This document shows positions 16,511 to 25,180 of a stretch of DNA of 25,953 nt, piece by piece; position 1 is the first letter of the stretch, and every line of letters begins with the position of its first letter. This DNA comes from an uncultured archaeon (GTDB taxonomy: Archaea > Altiarchaeota > Altiarchaeia > IMC4 > SCGC-AAA252-I15): positions 1 through 25,953 of the forward strand of contig CAZPLO010000019.1 in NCBI GenBank assembly GCA_964587725.1, written 5' to 3'. The translations under genes were made by a program, and so were the position numbers. The notes under the pieces were generated by a model. The model made no database searches. It was not told the origin of the DNA and was given only the letters and a program-made list of their open reading frames with translations.

Positions 16511-16519
16511 TATTAAAAA
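16511..16519. promoter_or_regulatory. Single central TATA-like element between divergent genes
   Basis: TATTAAAAA (plus) / TTTTTAATA (minus) is centred at 16515, 25 nt from ATG 16540 and 26 nt from ATG 16489. Confidence 0.55.
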
Positions 16520-16539
16520 CCCCCTCCATATAGTGTTGT

Positions 16540-17412
16540 ATGGCCTGGTTGGATGAGCTCCGGAGCCTGTTCAGGGAGGCGGTGAAGTCCACGGTTGAGC
16601 CGGAGGTGGGCGTAATCTTCTCCTCCGGAGTGGACTCCGCGCTCGTGGCGTACGTGGCGTCCCGCTTCTCCAAAGTCACCGCATACAATGTGGGGTTGAA
16701 GGGGTCGGAGGACATGGAGTACGCGAAGAGGATGGAGTCCGAGGCTCCTTTCAGGATAGAATACGTTGAACTCTCCGTCAAAGACGTTGAATCTGTTATC
16801 CGGGAGGTCCTGTCCGTGTGGCAGAACCCCAACCCGGTGGACGTGGGCGTGGCGGTGCCCATGTACTGCGCCTCCAAGGCGGCTTCGGAAGACGGTTTGA
16901 AGGTGGTGTTGTGCGGGCAGGGGGGTGACGAACTCTTCGGAGGGTACTGGCGTTACCTGGAGGCGCTGGCATCCGACGGACCGGAGGAGGTTGAGGCGTT
17001 GATGGAGCGCGACTGGGAAAACGCATACGAAGACAACCTCGACCGCGACATGGCTGTGAACAGGGCGAACGGCGTGGAGCTGCGGTTCCCCTTCCTCCAT
17101 GAACCGTTCTCCCGTTACGTCAGGGACATGCCGTTGGAGCTGAAGATACGGGAGGGCGCGGAGGACGTGTACTGCGACGTCATAGACGGTAGAAGGTATG
17201 CCCGGAAGTACGCTTTGAAGAAGCTGGCGTTGTCTGAGGGGCTGCCGGCGTACATAGTCAACAGGCGGAAGAAGGCCGCCCAGTACGGCAGCGCGTCCCA
17301 GAAGGCGTTGGACAGGCTCGCGAGAAACCAGGGCTACAAGAAGAAGGCGGCTGAAGCCGGCAGGAAAGACTATCTCCAGATGTATTTGGAGGATGTTCTG
17401 GAGTCTGTTTAG
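16540..17412 (+). CDS. Asparagine synthase C-terminal (ATP-pyrophosphatase) domain protein lacking the glutaminase domain, 290 aa
   Basis: PP-loop GVIFSSGVDS, VVLCGQGGDELFGGY, NLDRD, ELRFPFL and RRKKAAQYGS. There is no N-terminal MCG Ntn domain. Confidence 0.88.
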   Translation: MAWLDELRSLFREAVKSTVEPEVGVIFSSGVDSALVAYVASRFSKVTAYNVGLKGSEDMEYAKRMESEAPFRIEYVELSVKDVESVIREVLSVWQNPNPVDVGVAVPMYCASKAASEDGLKVVLCGQGGDELFGGYWRYLEALASDGPEEVEALMERDWENAYEDNLDRDMAVNRANGVELRFPFLHEPFSRYVRDMPLELKIREGAEDVYCDVIDGRRYARKYALKKLALSEGLPAYIVNRRKKAAQYGSASQKALDRLARNQGYKKKAAEAGRKDYLQMYLEDVLESV

Positions 17413-17424
17413 TGTCAAAAAAGG
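17410..17424 (+). repeat. Left inverted repeat TAGTGTCAAAAAAGG
   Basis: Perfect reverse complement of 25181-25195. It begins with the TAG stop of the asparagine-synthase-domain gene. Confidence 0.9.
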
Positions 17425-17457
17425 TTCAGTGTTAAGATAGTGTAACTTACCCTAGTA

Positions 17458-17491
17458 TATTTAAAGCTACTACTAATCTAATACTGAGGTG
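17458..17491 (+). promoter_or_regulatory. Promoter and RBS of the signalling operon
   Basis: TATTTAAA at 17458-17465 and GAGGTG at 17486-17491, before ATG 17500. Confidence 0.6.
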
Positions 17492-17499
17492 GTTGGCGC

Positions 17500-18987
17500 A
17501 TGTCCGTGCTTAGCGGTTGGCCTCTAGTGACTACGGTAACTAACGTACTGGGGTTTGTGACCTGGGGTTTCCCCTTGTTGTCCCTGGCCGTACTGTCCTA
17601 CTGCATAGAATATTATACGAGGTTCAAGACGCGGTGGAAACTCTATGTCGTATCCACTCTGCTCGCGTTAACCCATCCGCTGGTGACGGCGTATGATTAC
17701 TGGTTGCACGGGGACAGCATCTCCGAGCACCTGATGGTGGCGAACACGTTTCTGCTGTCGGGCCTGCTGGTAGCGGCGTACGCTTCTCTGCAACTTATTA
17801 AGTTCCAGAAAATAGGTCTTGGAAAAACTAAGTACACCGTGCAGGTGCTTGCGGTATCCAGCATATTCGTTCCACTGGCAGCTGGCATTGTGGGGGTGGT
17901 GTCGTACCTGGTATCCTGGCATCTCATAGCCTATAACCTCTCCGCGTCGGCGATGATATTCATCTTCCTGGCAATGGGCAAGCTCACACAAAACTACATA
18001 CCACGGTACCGTGTATTGGCCTACAGCAGCGCCAGACTCGGCTCCATACTGCTGCTGGTGGACCCCATATTGCGGAACTACGTCTACATTACCGGCCTCT
18101 CACTGGGTGCGAAATACGGGATGCGGTTGATAGGCGTCCTGACGCAGTGTTTCGCAATAATACTGCTGCTGGTGACGGTGGTTATGCTGATATTGGAGGC
18201 CCAGACAAGGGGCATACACCTCATACCGTCGGACGAGAAGAAAACAGACAAGAAGCCGATGAAGTACCGTCTGAAGAAAGGCTACGGATACATACTTCAG
18301 GAGGAGAATCCGTCGGTGAGCACGGAGGTGTTCACTGAATACGTAACCCACCACCACCACGGCCTCATGTTCACCCGAGAGCAGCCATCCCGTATTAGGC
18401 AGTACTACGGGTTGAGGACCACCCCGATACTGTGGATGACCAACGCGAAGACGGAGGAAAAGTCGGTGAAGCCGACGGATTTGAACCGGATGCTGTACAT
18501 TATACGGGATTTCATACGGTTCGACACGGACTCCATAATACTGATACAGCGGCTGGATTACCTGATTACGGAGAACGACTTCAACACGGTGTTGAAGTTC
18601 ATACACCGCCTGAACGACGTCATAATGGAGAGCAAATGCATTTCGTTGTTGTCCATTGACCCGTCCACGCTCACCAGGGAGCAGCTGGCCCTCCTGACCC
18701 AGGAGTTGGAGGACCTCACACACGCGGACCAGGTTAGGCTGGGGGAGCCTTTATATTCTGTCCTTCTATTTGTATACAGTGAAAACAAGAGGAGGAAAAC
18801 CCCCTCTTTCAAAAACGTCACCAAAAACTTCTCAATAACCAAGACCACGGCCCGCAAGAGAATCTACGAGCTGGAGTCGAAGGGTTTGTTGAGGATACTC
18901 CAGAAGGGGAGGTACAAGTTTCTGGAGGTGACCGAGGCGGGGAAGAACATGGTGCGGAGCCCGGCCAGTATGATGGGAGGTGATTGA
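17500..18987 (+). CDS. 7TM - DUF835 (inactive KaiC-like) - winged-helix HTH protein, 495 aa
   Basis: About seven hydrophobic segments in residues 1-232. DUF835-type motifs are GLMFTREQP...TPILWMT and IILIQRLDYLITENDFNTVLKFIHRLND. The C-terminal wHTH reads ITKTTARKRIYELESKGLL...LEVTEAG. Confidence 0.82.
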   Translation: MSVLSGWPLVTTVTNVLGFVTWGFPLLSLAVLSYCIEYYTRFKTRWKLYVVSTLLALTHPLVTAYDYWLHGDSISEHLMVANTFLLSGLLVAAYASLQLIKFQKIGLGKTKYTVQVLAVSSIFVPLAAGIVGVVSYLVSWHLIAYNLSASAMIFIFLAMGKLTQNYIPRYRVLAYSSARLGSILLLVDPILRNYVYITGLSLGAKYGMRLIGVLTQCFAIILLLVTVVMLILEAQTRGIHLIPSDEKKTDKKPMKYRLKKGYGYILQEENPSVSTEVFTEYVTHHHHGLMFTREQPSRIRQYYGLRTTPILWMTNAKTEEKSVKPTDLNRMLYIIRDFIRFDTDSIILIQRLDYLITENDFNTVLKFIHRLNDVIMESKCISLLSIDPSTLTREQLALLTQELEDLTHADQVRLGEPLYSVLLFVYSENKRRKTPSFKNVTKNFSITKTTARKRIYELESKGLLRILQKGRYKFLEVTEAGKNMVRSPASMMGGD

Positions 18988-19351
18988 GACGGCCAAGATA
19001 CTCGTCGTGGACGACGAGCCGGACATGGTGGACATAGTCGAGCTTACGCTGACCCAGGCGGGGTTCGAAGTGTCCAAGGCCTACGGCGGCAAGGAGTGCC
19101 TGGAGAAGGCGTCCAAGGAAGACTATGACCTTATAATACTTGACATCCGCATGCCCGGCATGGACGGGTGGGAGACGTTGAGGAAGCTCAAGGAGAAGAA
19201 AATCACCGACCGCGCCAGGGTTATAATCCTGACGGTTGAGAAGGGGCCAGGCGTGGAGATATTCGGACTTCAGGATGTGGTCTCAGACTACATCACCAAG
19301 CCGTTCGACCGCGAGAAACTAATCAAGCACGTGAAGAAAGCGTTGATATGA
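18980..19351 (+). CDS. Stand-alone response regulator receiver (CheY-like), 123 aa
   Basis: ILVVDDEP, LIILDIRMPGMDG (phospho-acceptor Asp), IILT and YITKPF. It overlaps both neighbours. Confidence 0.95.
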   Translation: MIETAKILVVDDEPDMVDIVELTLTQAGFEVSKAYGGKECLEKASKEDYDLIILDIRMPGMDGWETLRKLKEKKITDRARVIILTVEKGPGVEIFGLQDVVSDYITKPFDREKLIKHVKKALI

Positions 19352-22300
19352 TGAAGTCTCCACCCGAGGACGCCGGGCTCAGTGGGGGGGAGCTGCTGCG
19401 CGTGTTGGATGAACTGCGAGATTCAGTGTTCAGAATAGATTCTGAAGGCGTCGTAACATACGTCAACGACGCCGCATGCCGCGTCACCGGCTACTCCCGG
19501 GAGGAGATTGTCGGAAAACCGTTCGCCGAATTCCTGGCGCCGGAGGAAATGGACTCTATTACAGAGAAGTTCAGCCGTGAGATGGGCGGCGAGGAAATAG
19601 GGCCCTACATTGTCACCACAATCGACAAGAAAGGGGATAGAAGAAGGTTCAGGATGTCCACCCTCCCCTTCACATCCGACGGGGAGGTTGTGGGTAAAAT
19701 CGGCGTAGCCCATGAAATAACCGAACAGGAAAAAAAAGAAGAACTGCTGCGTTACCACAGCCGTTTCAAAGACCTTATCACCGCGTTGTCAACGCACTTC
19801 ATAAACCTTTCGACGGATGAGATAGACGGCGGTATAAACTACGCCCTCCAGGCCATCGGAGAGTTCACCGGCGTGGACAGAAGCTACCTGATTCTGGTTT
19901 CAGAAGACCGGGAGACCCTAACCACCACCTACGAATGGTGTGCGGAAGGTGTGAAAAGCTTCAGCGAGAGAACAACCAATGTTCCCGTGGACATCTTCCC
20001 CTGGCTGGCTGAAAAGCTCAGGGAAGGGGAGGCAATATACATACCCCTGGTTTCAGACCTGCCCCCCGAAGCCGAGGCAGAGAAAGATATTTTCAGGTCC
20101 GAAGGCACCAAGTCTGTGGTTGTGGTGCCGTTAATAACTTCTGGAGAGATACTCGGGGCTGTGGGCTTCGACTACGTGAAGGAGGATACGGTGTGGTCTG
20201 AAGGGTCAATATCCCTGCTGAAGATTGTGGGGGAGATGCTGGTCAACGCGTTGGAGAGGAAGCGGATGGAAAAGGCGTTGATGGCGAAGGAGAAGGAGAA
20301 GCTTCTACTTGCGGAAAACACCAACGACATCGTGTGGACCACCGACATGGACGGGAATTTCCTGTACGTCAGCCCTTCAGCAGGGAAAATACTCGGCCAC
20401 AGACCGGACGAGCTCACAGGGAAATCATGTTTCGAATTCATGACCCGGGAGTCCGCTGAACGGGCTCTCAAACTCAGGGACATCTTCCAGGGGCCGGAGG
20501 CGGACGACGTGCCGATTATTGAACTGCACTATCTCGACAGCGAAGGCCGCCCAGTGCCGTTTGAGGTCTCCGTCTCCCTGGTCTGCGACGAAAAGGGGGT
20601 TCCGGCGGAGGTAATAGGGGTGTCGAGAGACGTATCGGAGCGTAAAAAAGCGGAGGAGGCGCTGCGTGAGAGCGAGGAGAAATACAGGAGCATACTTGAC
20701 CAGGAGACGGAGCTGGTGTGCAGGTTCACCCCGGAGTTGAAGCTCACATTCGTTAACGAAGCATACTGCCGATTCTTCGGCAAATCCAGGGAGGAACTCA
20801 TAGGCTCCACCCAGTTGGATCACATACCAAATGGGGAGCACGATGCTCTGAAAAAGAATCTGAAGAAGAGGATAAGGCCGGGGGAACTCGTCACATTGGA
20901 GCACACTGACGTGAGACACGACGGCGAACCCCGCATTCTGGAATGGAGGAGGACCGGGGTGTTCGACGACGAAGGGAAGCTGGTGGAGTTTCAGTCGACG
21001 GGCATAGACATAACCGAGCTCCGGGAAACAGAGGCGGCGCTGCGCGACAGCGAAGAACAGTTCAGGGCGTTGGCGGAGCAGTCTCCCAACATGATATTCA
21101 TCAACCAGGGCGGAAAGATAGTGTACGCCAACAGCCAGTGCGAGGAAGTGATGGGGTACACTAAAGGAGAATTCTACAGCCCCGGATTCGATTTCAGAAG
21201 CCTGATTGCCCCAGAGTACAGGGACATGGTAGAATCAAACTTCAAGAGGCACATGTCTGACAGGGAAGTGAAGCCGATGGAGTACGCCGTCGTCACCAAA
21301 GACGGGCGGAAGCTAGACACCCTGATAACCACCCGGCTGATAAACTACGGGGGTGAGAAGGCCATATTGGGGGTGGTGACCGACATCTCCGCCGTCAAGG
21401 AGGCGGAGAAGGCGCTGCGTGAGAGCGAACAGAAGTTCAGAAGCATATTCGAACAGTCTAAAGACGGTATAGTCCTGGTGGACGAGGAAGGCGGCATAAT
21501 AGGCTGGAACAGGGCCCAGGAGCGGATAACGGGGGTGAAGAAAAAGGATGTTCTGGGCAGGCCCCTGTGGGGGATACAGTCCAGAATCAACGCCCCCGGC
21601 GACAACGGAGCCCGTTCCATCGAAGAACTCAAAACTGCAGTACTCAAGTCATTAAAAACCGGGAAAGCACCCTGGTACGGCAAACTCCTGAGGCAGAGTT
21701 TCAGGAGGTCCGACGGCTCGGTGAAAACATTGGAGGTCACCACGTTCCCGATAAAAACCGGAAAAGGGTTCATGGCGGGCAGCGTAATCCGTGACGTAAC
21801 AGAGGATGTGAAATCCGAGGCGGCGTTGCGCGTGAGCGAGGAGAAATACAGGAGTCTAGTGGACAACGCATTGGTGGGCATATACAGGACAACCTTCAAA
21901 GGAGATGTGCTCTACGTCAACAAGGCGCTGTCCAACATGTTCGGGTTCAAGTCGCCAGAGGAAATGATGGCGGAAAACGTTGTCGCCAGGTACAGGAACC
22001 CGGCGGACAGAAAACGGATGCTCCAGCGGCTCCGGAAAGAAGGTAGGGTTCCGGGCTTCGAGACCGAGGTGCTGGCCAAAAAAGGCGACGTGAAAAACGT
22101 CATCCTCAGCGCTTCCGCGGAGGGGGACGTCATATCGGGGATGATAATGGACGTTACTGCCTTCAAGGCCGCCGAACAGGAGCTCCGCATAAGTGAAAGC
22201 CGCCTCCGCAGCGCGGTGGAGAGCATGCCATTCGACCTCTTCTTCCTCGGGGAAGACCGCCGCTACGTGCTTCAGAACAGTGCATGCAGAAGACACTGGG

Positions 22301-25164
22301 GGCGCATAATCGGTAAGAAGCCGGAGGACATAGCAACCACCAGAGAGAACCTCAAGTTGTGGAGGGAGAACAACCGCCGCGCATTCAACGGCGAAATCGT
22401 GGAAGGGGAGGTGTCGTTAGACGTTAAGGGCGAGGAAAGGCACTTCCACAACATCATAGCCCCGGTTGAAGTGGACGGTAAAGTCAAGGGCATACTCGGA
22501 GTCAACATAGACGTAACAGGCCGGAAGAAGGCGGAGGAGATGCTGCGGGAGAGCGAGGAAAGATACAGGGGGTTGCTGGAGTCCCAGAAAGACCTTATCG
22601 TGCGGGTGGACACTGAAAACCGATTCACCTTCGTGAACAACGCATACTGCCGGAAGTTCGGAAAGATGCGGAATCAACTTCTGGGGAAGAAGTTCACCCC
22701 CCTGGTGCACAAGGACGACCTCCCGGCTACCCTTAAAGCCATGGAGAAACTGAAGAAATCCCCCTACCGTGCGACCATGGAGCAGAGGGCTAAGACCGTG
22801 GACGGGTGGAGGTGGCTGGAGTGGGAGGACTACGCCATACGGGACGATGAAGGCCGCATAGTGGAGGTTCAGGGTGTGGGCCGTGACATCACAGACCGTA
22901 AGCTTGCCGAGCAGGCTCTCAAGGCTTCTGAGCGGAGATACAGGACCATGATAGACGCCCTCGGCGACGCCATACACCTGGTGGGCAGGGATTTGAGGAT
23001 AATGCTCGCCAACAAGACGCTGAAGAAATGGAACCGTAAGCTGGGCTTGAAGACCAAGGTGGAGGGCGAGAAAATCTTCAGCGTCTACCCGTTCCTGCCC
23101 AAAAAAGTCCGGAAAGAATACACGCAGGTTTTCAAGGAAGGCAAGACCCTTGTGACCCGGGAGGTGAACAAGGTGGGGAAAAGGGAGTTCACCACCGAAA
23201 CCCGGAAGATACCTGTTTTAGACGGTAAAAAAGTGGTGCGGGTAATCACCGTGGTGAGGGACATAACCCAGAGGGAGCGGGCTGAGGAGGCGCTGCGGGA
23301 GGCCAAGGAGTTCTCCGAGAACATCGTCGAAACCGCAAACGCCATAATAGTGACTGTCGACTCCAGGCAGAGGATAACCACGTTCAACCAGTACGCCGAG
23401 TCGCTTACCGGATACGTTAAAGACGAGATTATGGGCAAGAAGTGGACCACGCAGTTCATACCGCGGGGTCGCAGGAAAGAGGTGAATCGTCTGTTCAAGA
23501 ATGTCCTAAGAAAACGGATAAAAGACGTTACACACGAAAATCCCATACTCGCCAAAGACGGCAGGGAGAAGATAGTGAAGTGGAGCAATACGGTGTTGCT
23601 GGACCAGGGCAACAATCCAGTGGGGATGCTGGCTATAGGGGTGGATGTCACCGAAGCTAGAAGAGCAGAGGAGAGTCTGAGGGACAGCGAAGAACGGTAC
23701 AGTACTCTTTTCAAGACGGCGACGGACATGATAGCCATCCACGACATGCAAGGAGGATTCATAGACGTCAACCAGAACTTCTGCGGCACAATCGGCTACA
23801 GCAGGAAGGAGCTGCTTTCCATGAACATCAGGGCGTTGGCTGCCCCGGGGAAGGCCAAGACAGCCAAGCCCAGGATTAAGCAGATTAAATCCGAGGGGAA
23901 GGCGGAGTGGGAGAGCCAGCTGAAGCGCAAGGACGGTTCACTCATCGACATAGAATTCCACAGCGTACTCTCCAGCTACAGGGGCGAAGACGTAGTGTAC
24001 TCGATACTCCGCGACATTTCAGAGAGGAAGAATGCGGAGCAGGAGCTGCTGGCGATTAAAACGCATTTGGAGGCGGTGTTGGACGGCATCAGCGAGTCCA
24101 TCGTGGTGCTGGACAAAAAATACAATGTCATCAGCTACAACCGCGCCTTCCAGAGGTGGGTGGGCAGGCCGAAGGCCGACCTCCGCGGCGGCAAATGCTA
24201 CGACATCATACACGGCTTCGACAAATCCTGCAGGAAATGCGTGATACGCGACGTCTTCAAGTCCGGGGAGCCGTCGGAGTCCGTCCACTACCACCAGGGC
24301 AAGAGGGGTCGGGTATACCATGAAACCCGGGCGTATCCGATACTGAAGGACGGGGAGATAGAGCACGCCATATACGTGTTCCGCGACGTCACCGAACGGG
24401 AGAGGATGAAGGAGAAGCTCCGCGACAACTATGAGCAGCTGATGAAGGCGAACGAGGAGCTGCGGAACCTGGACAAGATGAAGACCGAGTTCCTGTCCAT
24501 AGCGTCGCACGAGCTCAGGACGCCGCTGGCGATAATCAAGGGCTACGCCGACATACTGGCTTCGGAGGACCTGGGGGCGTTGAACAAGCGGCAGAAGGAC
24601 AAGATGCAGAGGATAGGCGAGAACGCCAAACAACTGGACCGGCTGGTGAACAACATCCTCGACCTCACCAAAATGGACGCCGGGGAACTGCACGTTAAGA
24701 AGACCAGGTTCTCTTTTAAGCGGCTGGTGGATGAGGTGGTGTCCGACCTCACCCACCTGGCGGAGGCCAAGAAGGTGAAGCTGAAGACCAGGGTCCGTTC
24801 AAAGTCCAAGATACTCGCCGACAGGATGAGGTTGAAGCAGCTGCTGGTCAACTGCGTCGACAACGCAGTGAAATTCACCCCAGAAGGCGGCGAGGTGACG
24901 GTCTCCGTGAGCGAGACAGACGACGTCGTCAGGGTGAAGGTGTCGGACACCGGCATAGGCATGGGGAAGAAGGATTTGGAGAACATTTTCAGGCGTTTCT
25001 ACCAGATAGACTCCTCCTATCAGAGGCAGTACAAGGGTGTCGGACTGGGCCTAGCCATATGCAAGAGGATAGTGGACTTACACGGTGGGGAAATAGATGT
25101 GAAGAGCAGGAAGGGGAGGGGCACCACCATCATCATAACCCTGCCGTTGAACGGGAAAACCTGA
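19348..25164 (+). CDS. Giant cytoplasmic sensor histidine kinase: PAS-GAF-(PAS)x11-HisKA-HATPase_c, 1938 aa
   Basis: Twelve PAS/PAC units end in D[IV][TS]-type motifs plus coiled linkers, and the GAF domain carries YEWCAEG. Kinase boxes are ASHELRTPL (H), NCVDNAVKF (N), DTGIG (G1), FRRFYQ (F) and GVGLGL (G2). No TM segments. Confidence 0.95.
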   Translation: MMKSPPEDAGLSGGELLRVLDELRDSVFRIDSEGVVTYVNDAACRVTGYSREEIVGKPFAEFLAPEEMDSITEKFSREMGGEEIGPYIVTTIDKKGDRRRFRMSTLPFTSDGEVVGKIGVAHEITEQEKKEELLRYHSRFKDLITALSTHFINLSTDEIDGGINYALQAIGEFTGVDRSYLILVSEDRETLTTTYEWCAEGVKSFSERTTNVPVDIFPWLAEKLREGEAIYIPLVSDLPPEAEAEKDIFRSEGTKSVVVVPLITSGEILGAVGFDYVKEDTVWSEGSISLLKIVGEMLVNALERKRMEKALMAKEKEKLLLAENTNDIVWTTDMDGNFLYVSPSAGKILGHRPDELTGKSCFEFMTRESAERALKLRDIFQGPEADDVPIIELHYLDSEGRPVPFEVSVSLVCDEKGVPAEVIGVSRDVSERKKAEEALRESEEKYRSILDQETELVCRFTPELKLTFVNEAYCRFFGKSREELIGSTQLDHIPNGEHDALKKNLKKRIRPGELVTLEHTDVRHDGEPRILEWRRTGVFDDEGKLVEFQSTGIDITELRETEAALRDSEEQFRALAEQSPNMIFINQGGKIVYANSQCEEVMGYTKGEFYSPGFDFRSLIAPEYRDMVESNFKRHMSDREVKPMEYAVVTKDGRKLDTLITTRLINYGGEKAILGVVTDISAVKEAEKALRESEQKFRSIFEQSKDGIVLVDEEGGIIGWNRAQERITGVKKKDVLGRPLWGIQSRINAPGDNGARSIEELKTAVLKSLKTGKAPWYGKLLRQSFRRSDGSVKTLEVTTFPIKTGKGFMAGSVIRDVTEDVKSEAALRVSEEKYRSLVDNALVGIYRTTFKGDVLYVNKALSNMFGFKSPEEMMAENVVARYRNPADRKRMLQRLRKEGRVPGFETEVLAKKGDVKNVILSASAEGDVISGMIMDVTAFKAAEQELRISESRLRSAVESMPFDLFFLGEDRRYVLQNSACRRHWGRIIGKKPEDIATTRENLKLWRENNRRAFNGEIVEGEVSLDVKGEERHFHNIIAPVEVDGKVKGILGVNIDVTGRKKAEEMLRESEERYRGLLESQKDLIVRVDTENRFTFVNNAYCRKFGKMRNQLLGKKFTPLVHKDDLPATLKAMEKLKKSPYRATMEQRAKTVDGWRWLEWEDYAIRDDEGRIVEVQGVGRDITDRKLAEQALKASERRYRTMIDALGDAIHLVGRDLRIMLANKTLKKWNRKLGLKTKVEGEKIFSVYPFLPKKVRKEYTQVFKEGKTLVTREVNKVGKREFTTETRKIPVLDGKKVVRVITVVRDITQRERAEEALREAKEFSENIVETANAIIVTVDSRQRITTFNQYAESLTGYVKDEIMGKKWTTQFIPRGRRKEVNRLFKNVLRKRIKDVTHENPILAKDGREKIVKWSNTVLLDQGNNPVGMLAIGVDVTEARRAEESLRDSEERYSTLFKTATDMIAIHDMQGGFIDVNQNFCGTIGYSRKELLSMNIRALAAPGKAKTAKPRIKQIKSEGKAEWESQLKRKDGSLIDIEFHSVLSSYRGEDVVYSILRDISERKNAEQELLAIKTHLEAVLDGISESIVVLDKKYNVISYNRAFQRWVGRPKADLRGGKCYDIIHGFDKSCRKCVIRDVFKSGEPSESVHYHQGKRGRVYHETRAYPILKDGEIEHAIYVFRDVTERERMKEKLRDNYEQLMKANEELRNLDKMKTEFLSIASHELRTPLAIIKGYADILASEDLGALNKRQKDKMQRIGENAKQLDRLVNNILDLTKMDAGELHVKKTRFSFKRLVDEVVSDLTHLAEAKKVKLKTRVRSKSKILADRMRLKQLLVNCVDNAVKFTPEGGEVTVSVSETDDVVRVKVSDTGIGMGKKDLENIFRRFYQIDSSYQRQYKGVGLGLAICKRIVDLHGGEIDVKSRKGRGTTIIITLPLNGKT

Positions 25165-25180
25165 TTAACAGCATTCTAAC

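Noticed and set aside
17500-18200. 7TM domain as a microbial rhodopsin
   Set aside because: There is no retinal-binding Lys in the seventh helix (LIGVLTQCFAIILLLVTVVMLIL) and no helix-C RYxDW-type motif.
4664-24986. Numerous 60-300 aa antisense or alternate-frame ORFs (e.g. 6675..7511, 14036..14761, 16513..17418, 24019..24756)
   Set aside because: They are fully embedded in well-supported genes, show no motifs and are expected in GC-rich DNA.
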